A DNA stretch of 64,000 nucleotides from Chlorokybus atmophyticus (taxonomy: Eukaryota > Plantae > Mesostigma and Chlorokybus algae). The stretch lies in the NCBI GenBank assembly GCA_009103225.1, contig RHPI01000797.1, forward strand, positions 1,162,705 through 1,226,704, in the 5' to 3' direction. Below are positions 35,815-48,477 of the stretch, one piece after another. The stretch's first letter is position 1. Each line of letters begins with the position of its first letter. The position numbers and the translations under genes are program-made. The notes under the pieces were generated by a model, which had not been told where the DNA came from, did not search any database, and worked only from the letters and a program-made list of their open reading frames with translations.

Positions 35815-36477
35815 GCCTATGAATGCTACAGTTGCATGGGCTCAGCCTATGGGCCTATCAAAGTGACAAACTCCGACTGTCCATCGGCAATTACTGCCGC
35901 CGGCCGACAGTCGGCAAGCGGCGCATGCAATACACTATATGACATAGGTTGCCATGCAACCCTACCGGTACGTGCACTTGTAGCTTAGTGGTTAGGGCGT
36001 CGTCTTTGATATGCTAAAGGTACTGGGTTCGAATCCGGCCGATGCGTGTGTTCTTGACTAATCATTCCACTAACGCCGCGGCTGGCCGCGGCCTCGTGCA
36101 GGTTGGGCGTAGCCGGTGCCGCCGGCAAAGATGTCTCAACTTTTACTGCATTTGCACTCATATATACATTGTTCCATAATACAATTCGGTCCATGGTCCG
36201 CTAGCCGGACCAGTTATGATTGAAATATTGTAATGATATAATTTTGTCCCTGGTCTGATGGCCGGACCATACCTGGTTCTGACGCAACAGTAATCGGCCG
36301 GACCTTCAATGGTCCGTACCAGGGGACAATGGTACCATCCACGTGAAATTCGGACCATGCATGGTCCGACTGTCCATGAAAGCCGGACCATACATGGTCC
36401 GTCAATTTCACTTAGCAGGGGAAAATCCCGGTCCTGCGTCACGGACCATTCACGGTCCTTGAACGTCAATCCGTGTG
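35815..36477 (+). mobile_element. Repeated module (tRNA-like plus GGWCC palindromes), homologous to 61019-61625 on the minus strand
   Basis: Collinear shared blocks TTGCATGGGCTCA(A)GCCTATGGGC, CCCTACCGGTACGTGCACTTGTAGCTTAGTGGTTAGGG, GGACCATGCATGGTCC, TTAGCAGG..AAATCCCGGTCC and ACGTCAATC(C/G)GTGTG. Confidence 0.85.
35974..36046 (+). ncRNA. tRNA-derived pseudogene (A and B boxes) inside a repeated module
   Basis: TAGCTTAGTGGTTAG (A box) and GGTTCGAATCC (B box) at tRNA spacing; the anticodon and acceptor stems are broken. Confidence 0.7.
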
Positions 36478-36559
36478 GAGGAGGAGGAGGAGGAGGAGGA
36501 GGAGGNAGGAGGGGGAGGAGGGGGAGGGCGGGGGGTGCAAGGTATCAATAGGACTGAAG

Positions 36560-38130
36560 ACCTTGAACAATAACGCAATATCCATGAATTTAACAAGACA
36601 TTGAGGCCAATAAGCACAGCGTGCCAACTCAGTCCGGCAAGTGTTGTTGAACAGAAAGTGTAGCGCTTCGGATACACATAACCAATCAAGGACGCACTTT
36701 TTGTATACACCATTAACGTTTGTACGATATCTGTTTGCGCAACAAGTTGGTATGTTACGCATTTAATCTTGATGAGTACTTGTATAAGTGTATGTATGTT
36801 TCACGCGACACTGCAACAACATACCTGGAGATACGCGTTCTCCATAAGGTGCTGTTGAAGTAAATACCTCCATGGGTTGTTGTATGGCTGCAACACAAAT
36901 GTAGTTGAGCATGCCGGATTCATGCACGTAACATTATCTCAATTCGCACCATGAGAGGCGGACATGTCACATCTAAGCAATCGACTTCGCATTTCATTGT
37001 ACTTAAATGGGCGCGAGTGCCACCACTAATTGTCGTAAGCTGCGTCGCATGTAACCGTTACAAATCACAAAAATGCAAATGGTACACAGCATGCATCATA
37101 TGAATATATCACATACGTGTATCACTCTTGGGAGTGAATTGATAAGATTCTGCGTTGAGTTGCACAATGTTTCTATGTCGTTAATGATGAATGCATACTG
37201 GTAGAGTACATACACACAATACACCCAGTGTAATAGCCCCGTAGCGCCGTCGCTATGGCCACAGAGAGTGGGCAAGCCACTCTTCACTGTGACCAAGCCG
37301 TCTACAAGTGGCTCATACAATGCAATAGCCCCGTAGCGCCGCCGCTATAGTCACAGAGGGTGGGCAAGCCACTCTCTACTGTGACTAAGCTGTCTACAGA
37401 TGGCTCACACGGTGCACGCACAACAAATGTAAGATGCACACTACATATACTACAAATGTCATACCTGCTTTCCACCTTGTCAATGCATTCGCAATCAGCG
37501 GCAATATGCGCGCGAGAAGGATGATCGAGCCCAGCAACATAATATATTATCAACAACTTGCGGTAAAATATCCATGCTTACAATGAAATGCATGCATCTT
37601 GCATATGAGAGCATACCTCCAGTGTAACCACACTCGCAACGAGCATGACGATCATCATCATCATTGCGACAACTTTCAGCAATAGACTGCATGTTTTTCG
37701 CAACATCACAATGTCCTACACGCTTTCTCGCAGGTTTTGTCTTGTTTTGTGCAAGTCCTGTGCAACGCATGCAATAAAATTTAACTTATAAAGTATAATG
37801 ACTGGTAAGCAGAAGTAAGTAGTAGTTGTGACATGATGGTGTAATTGCACACATAGTTTAAACAACCAACCAACCAGCACCTGGCGTGCACAATTGTGCT
37901 ATATATTGAATCATGTGATGCCAACTTGGACACATAAGTAGCCCCAAAAATTGATTTACTGACAACCAATATTTGCTTTTTGCCCACAGCCCGACCTCAG
38001 CTGCCACCTCTAATCCGCAGCCGCCGCCACCGCCGCAGAAGTCTGAGTGACGGCCGCCAGCAAAGCCTTATCTCCCACCTTCCGCCGCCCCCGCCCCCGC
38101 CCCCGCCGCCATAAATACCGAGATGACCGC
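36560..38130 (-). mobile_element. Degraded Cys-rich transposase-like remnant, same family as 14030-15360; includes a 92-bp tandem duplication (37232-37410)
   Basis: Fragments RHARCECGYTGG and IPTCCANRY...LHFLFNNT; a GC-rich 5' exon/promoter region near 37990-38130; a DNA block shared with 15254-15360. Confidence 0.4.
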
Positions 38131-38686
38131 CGCTGTCCGGACATCCTGACCGAAAATGGCAGCGTCACGTGACAGGTTACGTGTAACCTTCGTAACGTTC
38201 AGTACGGAACCGTTTGTCCATCGGAAGTGAAGGCTTTGTTCCACTGAACAATATGCCGGGCAACGGAGTGCATTGAATCTTGCAGTGTTAGAGCGGAGCT
38301 CCTTTCTTGACTGGCGTTAATTTTCTATACATTACAATTCTAATTTGAGTCAGTCATACAAGCACGCACTGGCCTGAGCCTGGTTTTGGCCCGGCCCAGG
38401 CTGGTCTGGTCTGGTCTGGTCTGGTTTAGGGATGCGGTGGTACTGGTCTGGTCTGGTGTAGGGATGCGGAGGTTGAGTCCAGCTTAGCTTGGTGGTGAGT
38501 GGTTGTGTTTGGCCTGACTGTTGGTCCTGATCTGGCCTGATCTCACTTTGATCTGGCCTGGTCCGGTTGTCTTAAGTCAGTGACTTGCAGAAACCAACAT
38601 GCCGGATGAAAGTGTAGCCCAAGAACAGCAGATGAGGTGGTAGGTATTACGCAAGGTGAGGCATAGACACACAATACACAGCAGCG

Positions 38687-40043
38687 ATGGGAGCGATGAC
38701 GCAAGCCAGGAGGAGAGCGTGGGCCAGGCCGATGGGCATGGATCGCACCAACGCGGACTTCCCGGTAAAGCACTTTGGTCTCTTTGTAGCGAGTCATGTG
38801 TGCTGCCATAAAGAAGTTGGTACAGAGCTAGTTAACAAACGTTCTTTGATGAATGCAGGTGCTGAACCGCTTAACCGAGTTCAAGCGGTTAGAGCTCGTA
38901 CGGGTATGCAGTGAATGTTATCATATTTTCTTGTGACAACAATGCTGTGCAAGTTAAGAGAGCGCACATATTCCCAGACCTTGACCTTACCGTTGTGATG
39001 CATACTCAGCATGCGCACGAGACATTGGTGATGAGGGCCCGCAAGGCGGGGACATCCCCGCCCTCGCGTCCGCCTCACCCGGCCCTGGACCTCACAGCTC
39101 CCGTTCGTTCCGCCCCCGCCCACTCCGCCCGGCCCCGCCACCTGATAAAAGGTGCGTGCCTGTACGTGCGTGGGTGAGATTGTGTGTTTGTGCATGTGCA
39201 TCGTTGTATGTCAATGTTGATACAACGGTGACGCCAATCACAAACAACTGCAGAGAGGTGTGCTGCAATTGATCGCGAGAATGCCATGCTGTTGACCAAG
39301 CTGGAGGAGATCGCCGTGCGCGCATCTACAGGTCGTAGTACCATGCAATTCAGGTGTGATGCAGTTCCCACACAGCATACAGACACTTGCGCCGACAACA
39401 ATGACAACAACTTCTCCCGTTCGCCTTCCAGTCCCGGACTTAGGTTGGACGCGCATCAGAGGCCGGTGATCGACAACGTGGCGCCGCTGCGGGTGCACAC
39501 GGGAGCCGGCAGCAATAACGCTATCCTGAGGAGAGAGGAGCTGGAGCGCATCAACTGCGAGAACGTTACGTTGCTCAGACGCATCAAGCACGCGCACAAC
39601 CACGACGCTATACCCACCGCGGCCGACACCATCCAACAGGTGCAGTGGTAGAGGTTGTAGAGGTACCAGATATATTTCCCATCCTTGAGTGGCATTGAGA
39701 TACAGCAGTCAAATGTAACGAAGCCCGTGCATCTGCACAGGAGGCTTATCTAGCGAACATCTCACGCAACAACCGGTTGCTGCACGCCCTGAAGTTCGGA
39801 GCGGGCACTGCCAGGCAAGCCGATGCTGTGCATCCCAGCGTGTTGTCTCTTGAACATTTCAAGCAAGGCATCAATGGGTTTTTCTTGCATTCATTTTCTA
39901 TTTGGCTTTCCAGTGCACCAGGCACGCCACGGCGGTCTCTGTCGGTAGAGGGCGGGGGAGGGAGTCCGCGGGTCATGCTGCACACGTCGAGGGCAAGGCT
40001 GCAGTCCTCCCCACGCGCGCAGACGGTCAGCGCCACAACATAG
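38687..40043 (+). CDS. CFAP97/KIAA1430 (hemingway)-like cilia-associated protein; first and last exons uncertain
   Basis: Spliced reading HAHETLVMRARK...PALDLTAP...HLIK|ERCAAIDRENAMLLTKLEEIA, then NAILRREELERINCENVTLLRRIKHA and |EAYLANISRN. Confidence 0.65.
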
Positions 40044-40683
40044 GCTTCTTGTCCTTGCACTCTGTGCCTGTTATTGCGCCATACTGCGTTGCTGCTCATA
40101 TCAAGCTGCGTCTCTGTCATACTTACACACGAGGTGTATCGTGTGCTGACAGGAGTCACCAAGGTTGGAAGCCAGGAAGCCTGGCAGGGAACCCAGTCCC
40201 GAAGGGGCGCTGCCTGCCATTACCTGAGGCTGTGTTGGGGCTGAAAGCGAGTAATGGAAATCCTTCCTTGCAAGCATGTGCTTGTGTAGTTATAGGCGAG
40301 CTTGTTGTACAAAATGTGCCGCAGCAACAGGCACAGTACGCACTCCACCGGACGCTCCAGGGTGTCAATTGTACCAGCTTGGTGTCACTTCCGGCAGAGC
40401 ACTGTGTTGCGATAGTTAACACAGGCCTACTATACAGCTATACCCGTGTTCAAGTACGCAATAGAACCTGCTGTAGTTCCACTCACCTCTTAAGGGCATT
40501 CGTAACCATCAGTTGCTGGTTACGACTACTACTTCATGCACCTGTTGCAGCCCTACAGACTGTGTGGCACATCACAAATGCTTATGAAGCACTGAGTAAA
40601 GGTCAACCCAATCTCCAACTGTGCAACATGGCGGTGCGCATCAAAGGCAACTAGTTCCACACGCATTTTAAAAACACAAAGCA

Positions 40684-41850
40684 CTAGTAATTGAACTGCA
40701 GTTTTTGCCAAGTTTTCTCCAGATAAGATGGGAGTGGAGCAACAACTGTCAACAGCTTGCCTCGTCTGCTGGGTATTGGCAGTGCCAACTCTGCCACTAG
40801 CTGCGGTGCCAGTGTCACAGATCTGCAGTGCAAATGCAGCTGCTGCGCCGTGACACGCGGAGCACCCCCAGTTGCTTCGTACCCATACTTGAAGTCGCCA
40901 ACAATGGGAGATGACAAGGCAGCTGCACAGTGCAACCGCAGCTGGTGCTTGCGGCCGGTGATTGGTGCCAGTTCCAGCCAGGTCAGGCCATTGGCAGCTG
41001 TACCCATGACTCGGTACTCCGTAATGGCTGACAGCGCATCAGGATGGCCCACTTCGCAGAGCGTCATTCTCTCGAAGTTGCCTCGCGTGCGAGCTGGACG
41101 CACCAGATTCACAATCCTCCCTGCAGACCGAGGCGGCAGCTGTGTGGTCAATGCCCAATACCGTTTGGTGATGTTGGCAAAGTTTTGGCTGTCCTTCAGT
41201 GCCGACGATACGACCTTGGCAGCTTGCTTTGTTCTTGCTAGAAGTAAACAACCCGTCACTTCGCGATCGAGCCGATGCACAAGTCTGGGCGGTTCGTCAC
41301 TGTCGAAGCAGAGCGCTGGATTCATCAGCCGATCCAACGACTGCTGCACGCCTGTTCCCCCTTGCACGGCAAGTCCAGCAGGCTTGTTGATGACAAGGAG
41401 ATCCTCAGACTTGAACAGCACCAACTCTTGCAACCATGTTGCTGGAGGCAGTGTCTGCGACGCTTCGCTTTTGCGCACCTGTTGTTGCTGCACCAGTTCC
41501 AGCGTGGCTCTTGGAATGCATAGACAGGTGTTGGCAGACAGAACTTCGTCTGCAGACACGCGCCTTGTGGTGGTTCCATCGAGCACACTCACTTGGCGGC
41601 GTCTGAACAGCCTTTGCAAAGTGCCAAAAGACAACAATGGACAAGCTGACTTCAACAACCGGAACGCGGTCTGGTCTGCCTGCACATGCTCATGCTCGCC
41701 TTCTACACGAAGAGGTACATACCACGAAGTCAGAGCTTCTGACTCAGTTCCTAACAACGTTGATGCTTGAGAGCCAAAGCATGCAGCCAAGGTGTTGACT
41801 CTGCTCGAGCACGCCACTTGACGAACAGCTTGCAAGGCTGCACGCCTCAT
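40684..41850 (-). CDS. RluA-family RNA pseudouridine synthase, intronless, with an organellar-targeting-like N-terminus
   Basis: Motifs LLVINKPAGLAVQGG, LVHRLDREVTGCLL (catalytic HRLD), ITKRYWAL, PITGRKHQLRLH, PIVGDFKYG, LHLHC. First ATG at 41850 (MRRAALQAVRQVACSSR). Confidence 0.95.
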   Translation of the reverse strand: MRRAALQAVRQVACSSRVNTLAACFGSQASTLLGTESEALTSWYVPLRVEGEHEHVQADQTAFRLLKSACPLLSFGTLQRLFRRRQVSVLDGTTTRRVSADEVLSANTCLCIPRATLELVQQQQVRKSEASQTLPPATWLQELVLFKSEDLLVINKPAGLAVQGGTGVQQSLDRLMNPALCFDSDEPPRLVHRLDREVTGCLLLARTKQAAKVVSSALKDSQNFANITKRYWALTTQLPPRSAGRIVNLVRPARTRGNFERMTLCEVGHPDALSAITEYRVMGTAANGLTWLELAPITGRKHQLRLHCAAALSSPIVGDFKYGYEATGGAPRVTAQQLHLHCRSVTLAPQLVAELALPIPSRRGKLLTVVAPLPSYLEKTWQKLQFNY

Positions 41851-41858
41851 GACTGTGG

Positions 41859-42876
41859 TCACAACTTCTTGGCCACGACCACATTCAGGGCGAGGTCGTC
41901 ACCAAAGCCTGGCACGGTGAAGGGTATTGGGTAACTGCCTGTCTTTGCTATCGGCTCTGATATGTTGAGCAGCCGTGCATCCAACTTAACAAGTAGTTGT
42001 TGTTGAACCTGCACAGGCAGCAAACACCTCTTGTTCTTGCATACTGCGACAATGCTGCAATGCAGATGTTCTCATACACTGCACGATGACATACCGCTGT
42101 GACAATGTCGTCAGCACTGATAGGCTTGCGCAACTCCAAACTTCCTTCCTCAGCTGCTTTTGAGCAGAACCGCCTCAGTTTCTGCAAAGGATGCACAAAC
42201 TCAGCTGCTTCTCATGAGGCAAGTGTACAAGTACTCGGATCATCTGAGAGCAGGCTATACCACGCTGCCAGTCGTCAAACGCAAAACAACTGCAGCAAGC
42301 TCGCGCTTTGCTTTCTGTTGCGCCTCATGTGCAAGCTGTGCTACTGTCTTCGCTACAGGCTGAGAAGTCTGCAGCCACAACCAGCGAAACGTTAATTGAC
42401 TGCCTTAGCTAGCAAGCGTGTTCATAAGATATTGCCACAGCGCCGAACCTTCAAGGCTGCTGCAGCTTGAAGGTTCTTCTCGGTACCCAAATTGACCACC
42501 CTACGTGGATACAAAAAGTTGCGTGCAAATCCAGGCGCGACCTTCACCACCTCACCCTTCTCACCCAGCTTCTTGAAGTCCTGCAATGAGCCAAGGTACT
42601 GCAGGTTAGCAGGCCGCACCAGGACAACTTCAATACGAGCTAGTCGTATACCTGCGTCAGTACGACCTTCAGCTGGGGATTTTCTCCAAAGCAGCGCACG
42701 TTGACTGCTGCTATACCTGGTATGAAGGTCGTAACGCCCTGCTCAACAACAACGTGGGCGTCAGTAAGTGCTGTGACACAATGCGCATGTATGTGCTTGA
42801 GCGCCTGCGTGGACGCGCTTACAATCACATCGTCTACATAATCAGTCTCCGCATCAACCAGAACGCAGCTTGGCAT
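41859..42876 (-). CDS. MRPL9: Ribosomal protein L9 (bL9, probably mitochondrial), multi-exon; true start uncertain and possibly further upstream
   Basis: LKVVLTQ|DFKKLGEKGEVVKVAPGFARNFLYP (L9 N-domain); GSLELRKPISADDIVTA|VQQQLLVKLDARLLNISEPIAKTGSYPIPF...NVVVAKKL* (C-domain, last exon 42008-41859). Confidence 0.85.
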
Positions 42877-43857
42877 GGCTGAGAAGTAGTGTGTACAAGC
42901 CAGAGCTACAGCCAGAACTACAATGCTTCAGTAAATCACAGCCAGGTTGTTAGGCGCCTGGCTGTCAGTTAGCAGTCACCACCATACCGTCTCGTATGGT
43001 CAGTCCTTTGCACGCTGTGTGACCTGCACCGAACATCATGTGCGCACGGGCTACCTTAATACTGCTGCAAGTACGTTGCATGGTGCTCAATATCAGGATG
43101 CGAGCGGGTAAACTGACCACATGCAACGGGCTTACAGCCGCTGGCAGTTACCATGCATCGCTACATATACACGCACGAAAGCACACATAACGCAACTACA
43201 TTGAATCTCAACGTTGGTGAAGCTGTTCAGCATGCTCTTCAGCAGTTTACCGAACAAAATACACTCCAAGCAGGCGCCGGCAGCAGTACCTGACGTCCCT
43301 TCCCGCCGAAGCCTTGCGCGACCTGCCGCCACATGTAGAGAGCTGCGTCTGTACAGGGTAAAGCACCTGTTGCGTTGTGCCTGCAGCGAGCCCCACAACG
43401 ATGCCACCGCCAACGACACCGCCAGCACCGTCTCCGCCGCCACCAGCGGTTCAACGCAATTGTCAGGCAGCGCCATCATAGACTAGCTGGCGTCGCGCAG
43501 TGCGGTGTCCTAGCAGAACTGCACTGGCGGGCATCGCACTGCGTCCATATTGCTGCTTCCCACCCAGCTGCTAAGTTTCAGCCAGCCTGACGCTTAGGCC
43601 AGGCCAGGCAGGCGGCGGCGTGAGCGGCTGCGGCAGGGCCGAGAGGCTGCCTGCGCTGAGGCATTGATCCACGTAGGAGTCTGTTCGGAAGCTTGCTGAA
43701 AACAGCGCGAAGGAGCTAGAACAGGAGGGCGTGATGATGTTGCTGCCTGCTTGAGAGGGCTGCAGTGCGTTGCGTCCTGCGTGAATGTCGTCCGTCTTGG
43801 GTGAGCTGCGAGGTTGCACAAGACGTGTGTCTCTGAGAAGCACTGCTTTGGGCGACA

Positions 43858-46800
43858 ATGGGTCAAAACGAAGCATCCGGCGCAGCTGCTTTCACCCCTA
43901 ACGACATTGGTCCCATCTTCAATCTGCTGCAGCAAGCGCTCAACCAGGATCAGCGAGTGCGCCAGCCTGCTTCAGAAGCCCTTGCATCATGCGAGGATCG
44001 TGCCGGCTTCTGCTCCTGCTTGCTGGTAGGTCGCAGTCTCGTTGATTCGCCTTTGTTTCACTGACATGCGCTATCTGGACGCATCCATAACAGCTGCGTT
44101 CCGGCATTAGTTGCGTTCGTGCCTCATGCATCCAAAAAGGGTTGGAATCGGTCTGTCACACCTCACATTGTGATCTGTTGACATGCATGTTGTCTGTGCT
44201 ACCTGGCTGAAGCTTGAGAATGATATAGAGTGACCTTACGTGCTGCGTCCCAGGAAATTGTGAGCCATGCGTCCACATCAAGCGACGAAAGCGCAAGGTG
44301 GCTGGCAGCCGTGCACTTGAAGAACTGCGTGATACGGCATTGGCGAATGCGCAGGGATGGCAGGTGTGTACAACTCAGCAGCTGGTTTGCGTGTAGGCAA
44401 GTGAGGCTGACTGCTTGTGTGTCGTCTTTCGATTCCTTTGCCTGCCCGTGTCAGTGGAATTGGCGAAGGTGAGAAAGCTCATCTTCGTTCCAAGTTGCTT
44501 GATGTGTTGGGAGATCGCAACAGCCAGGTAGTAAACATAATGCTTACCATTGTCTAGTCATGTAGTCGTATGCATTGTTGTGCTTTGGTCACGCAATTGT
44601 TGTCGATCCATGCGCTATAACGCGACTCGCCTTGCAGATTGCAGTGCAACTAGCAATAGTGGCCGCAAAGATTGCTCGATTTGACTTCCCACGTGATTGG
44701 TATGTAGCTCTACTCTGTTTTTCTATTGGTAGCCCCTGGCGTGACGTTGCAGGTTGTGCATCTTGCAAGAGGCCATGTGTGGTTGGTGGTTGAGTGCAAC
44801 ATTATGACACATGCGGACATATCATTTTGCTGTGCGTATATGCCAGGCCACAGCTGTTTCCAACACTCCTCAGCAAGCTGCAATCACCAGATGTGTTGCT
44901 CACAACTCGCATATACCTGGCACTGCACCATATCCTCAAGGAGCTGGCGTCAAAGAGATTGATGGCTGATCAACGACACTTTGCCCAGGTGAGGTTCCAC
45001 AAACTGCTGGCTTTGGTGTGAATATGCTGTAGTCGCAGGTAACTCACACAGGAAGTTGCAGATTGCTTTACAGCTTTTTGACTTGGTTTGGTCACACTGG
45101 TGTGCGGATACACAACGAGTTGTATCTGCACTGCCGGCCATATCACAAGCCTCCATGGAAAGCATTCCAAACGATGAGGCAGCTGCACTGTTGTTGGCAT
45201 GTGAGCGATGGTTGCTGGCGCTAAAAGCTCTGCGGCGACTGTTGCTTTTTGGATATGGTCAAGCGGATGGGCAAGCAGTGCAGGTACGTGCATGCCGCTA
45301 GGCTTGCACTAACATGTGCGTGCAACGCCCAGCATTGTTGACTTGATTCTGTCACAGTTGATGGGGCGTTTGTCAGCAATGGCAGCAGCATCCATCCCAC
45401 AGGATGTACCACAAGTGGCAGTCACCGTTCCGGTCTTGCTGCAAGCACTACAGTCTCTGCTGCCATATTGTGAGTTAAGACTGCTGCTTGAAGAAGATAT
45501 GACATTGTCTGTTGACCACGTGACCTACATGGACAGTCTGGCACGCACTTCAAAAACATGAGCATATGTGAGACAGCCTGCACTGGGCAGCCACTGACTT
45601 GCAATGCTTGACAGGGCGTTCCATGCAGCAGAGCCAGCATGCTCTGCGATGGGTTACAGAGCGTGGCAGCTTGAAGGTTATGAAGACTATGATTGACATA
45701 CAGTTAACCCATCCCAGCTCATTTCGACATCAAGCCGTGATGCTGCCCGTGCTGGACTTCTGCTACAATCAGATGTGCAGTGCTGAAGACATTGGTGGAC
45801 CTGCCGTATTTGAACGACTCCTGATACAGTGCATGGTGTTTATCCAAAACGTTGTAAAGTGCCCAATTTATCGGCCAGGCACAGAAGGTCCTGGTTTGTA
45901 TGGAGATGTTGGGCCAGCAGGGCGAACCCCTGAGATGGAACAGCAGAAGCGACTGATTGCATCTGACGGGAAGTCAACCGTGGACGCCTTTCTCAACCAG
46001 GACCGCCTCATATCGCTATGCATCATCCTGGTAGAAAGGTGCGAAGCGTGTTGCACATGCATTCGTACTGGTGATTCGTCGGTGTTTCATCTAGCAATCA
46101 ATGCGGTGATTGCGGTTTGTGAAATGTGAAAACAACTTAGGTACTTTACGCTCTCTGTTGCTGATCTAGAAGAGTGGGCTCAGCACCCAGAAGGGTTTCA
46201 CCAAGAGCAAGACATCACGCACTGGAAGGACAGGCTTCGGCCATGTGCTGAAGCTTGTTTCTTGGTGTTGATGGAGAAGCACCGCGAGGTAATTGCCTGC
46301 ATCTGCGTTCGTGTGTCCCTGTTCCTGTCCATGTAACCCATGGGTATGCTGCGCAGGTTCTTGCTCCCGTCACCACCTCGCACTTGCAGCAAGCTGTTGC
46401 AGCCTGCCCACCCTCTCAAAGTGATGATGCACACACATCTGGCCACATCTCTGCCGAGATGTTGCGGAAGGAAGCTTGGTACAATGCAGCGGGGATTGCC
46501 TCATCTGATCTCGCTGATGTCATTGACTTTGAAGCCTGGTACAAGAGTAGCCTTGCACTCGAGCTAGCCAACAGGCAACCCAACGGAAGGATATTGAGGA
46601 GGCGGGTAGCTTGGCTCCTGGGTTGCTGGGTCAGCAAGATCACGGAAAGTATACGGCAGTCGGTGTACGCGTCCCTGGTTAACCTCATTGCAGAAGATGA
46701 TGCCGTCGTGCAGCTCGCAGCCGTCGCGTCATTGCGTGCTGTAATAGACGATTGGCACTTTTACGAGCAGTCGTTTTTACCATATGTTGAAACCTGCCTC

Positions 46801-48477
46801 GCCTACCTGTTTCGCATGCTGCACACTACCACCGAGTTTGACTCGCAGCTGCAAGTCTTCAACCTTGTCTCCCTGATTGTGGAGCGGCTTGCCGACAAGA
46901 TAAGTCCCTACGCAGAAAAGATATTGGCGGCGATACCTGACGTTTGGCGTGAGTCGGAGGGACAAAGCCTGCTGCGCATTCAAGTCATCACCGCACTGCA
47001 GCGAGTGGTGTCTTCACTGGGCACTCAGTCACCCATGGCGTATCCCGTCTTGATGCCCATCCTGCAGCACAGCACCGATGTCAACCAGCCTGATGAGCTC
47101 AACCTGTTGGAGGACGGCATGCAGCTTTGGCAGGTCACGCTACGACAAGCATCCTCGTTGACAGCAGACTTGATGGCTCTGTTTCCGCATCTTCCAGCAG
47201 CGATCGAGCGCAGTTTTGAGCACCTGCAAGTTGCCATGCGCATCCTGGAAAGCTACATCCTGCTTGGTCGCTCAGAATTTCTTAACCAGCACGCACATGG
47301 AGTTGTTAACATTCTGGTGCATGTGGTGGGCAACGTCAAAGACAAAGGCATGGTTCTGACTTTGCCCATTATAGACACGCTCGTACAGTGCTTTCCTCAA
47401 CAGGTCAGTCTGTAGCGCTATGTAAGCTGTCGCACTTGTCAAGGTATGACTAGCTCCTGTAAAAACCTTTTCAAGGTTATTCTTGAGCACTGGCCCAATG
47501 ATCTGTTCATGGCAGTCACCACCGCTGCTGGAGCCAGTGCTTCACAAGCTGCTCAAGATGGTGTTGGATGGCTCACAATCTGAAGTCGTAGCTGCCGCGA
47601 TCTGCTCAGTTTTGGCCAGAGTGTTGCTTCAGAACGCTGGTTTCTTCATGCAATTCATCCAATCCCATGCAGCAAGTGTCACGACGCAAGATGGCAAACT
47701 CTTGACTGCACAAACACTGCTGTTCCAGTTTCTCAGTACCTCTCTTGAGAAGGTAAGTCATAGCTCGCAACTTAGTCTGGCAATATTTACATTCTTCACT
47801 ACATTCAGATGGACTCCATGACCACCACGGCTAAGAGAAAACTCTGCGCCCTCGCCCTTTGTGTGTTGCTTCCCACACCTGATGCACAAATATTGGAGTA
47901 CCTGGACCTGCTGCTCAGGTATGTTAGGCGGCTTGCGGTGTTCATGCGGGCGGCTTAGGGTTGCACGCTTTATAGAATCAGGGCCATTATTCTCCTGCTG
48001 TCAAATGCAGTGCGTGTACGAGCGTGTTGTGCGAGGTGGAGGGTGACAGACCAAACATGCAGAACGGGTAAGCCAGGATGTGCTTTTGTGGCTGTCAACC
48101 AGCAAGTGCTGCTTTTACTTACAACCGCCCTTTTCAGGTATGATTATTGGGTGACCCGAGTTGATACGGATGAGACAGACGCAAACCCTGCAGAAAGTGA
48201 GGTTGCACGCAGGCGTCAGGTGCGTTCAGCTCTATGTGTGCACTGTGCTGTGTATTCGTTGTTTTTGTTGCTGCTTGTGGCTGCGAAGCTCACTGCACCG
48301 CTGCAATCTCTCTCGCAGTTATTCAACTCGGACCCGATCAACAACCTTCGCCTTGGTGCCGTTCTGAAGGAGAAGCTGAGTGCCTGCGCATCCGTGCATG
48401 GTGAAGCCTTTCAAGCAGCCATGTCCAGGGTGGATCCGGCCATACTTGGTCAGTTGCAGCAGTTCGTTGGGTCATGA
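43858..48477 (+). CDS. IPO11: Importin-11 (importin-beta family), multi-exon
   Basis: IBN_N start (RQPASEALASCE, RWLAAVHLKNCVIRHWR), AKIARFDFPRDW, DLEEWAQHPE, KEAWYNAAG, LRRRVAWLLGCWV, QPDELNLLEDGMQLW; C-terminus DPINNLRLGAVLKEKL...QLQQFVGS*. Confidence 0.9.

Noticed and set aside
35974-36046. Functional tRNA gene (and 61440-61512)
   Set aside because: Anticodon and acceptor stems do not pair and the two copies disagree in the anticodon loop; kept only as tRNA-derived.
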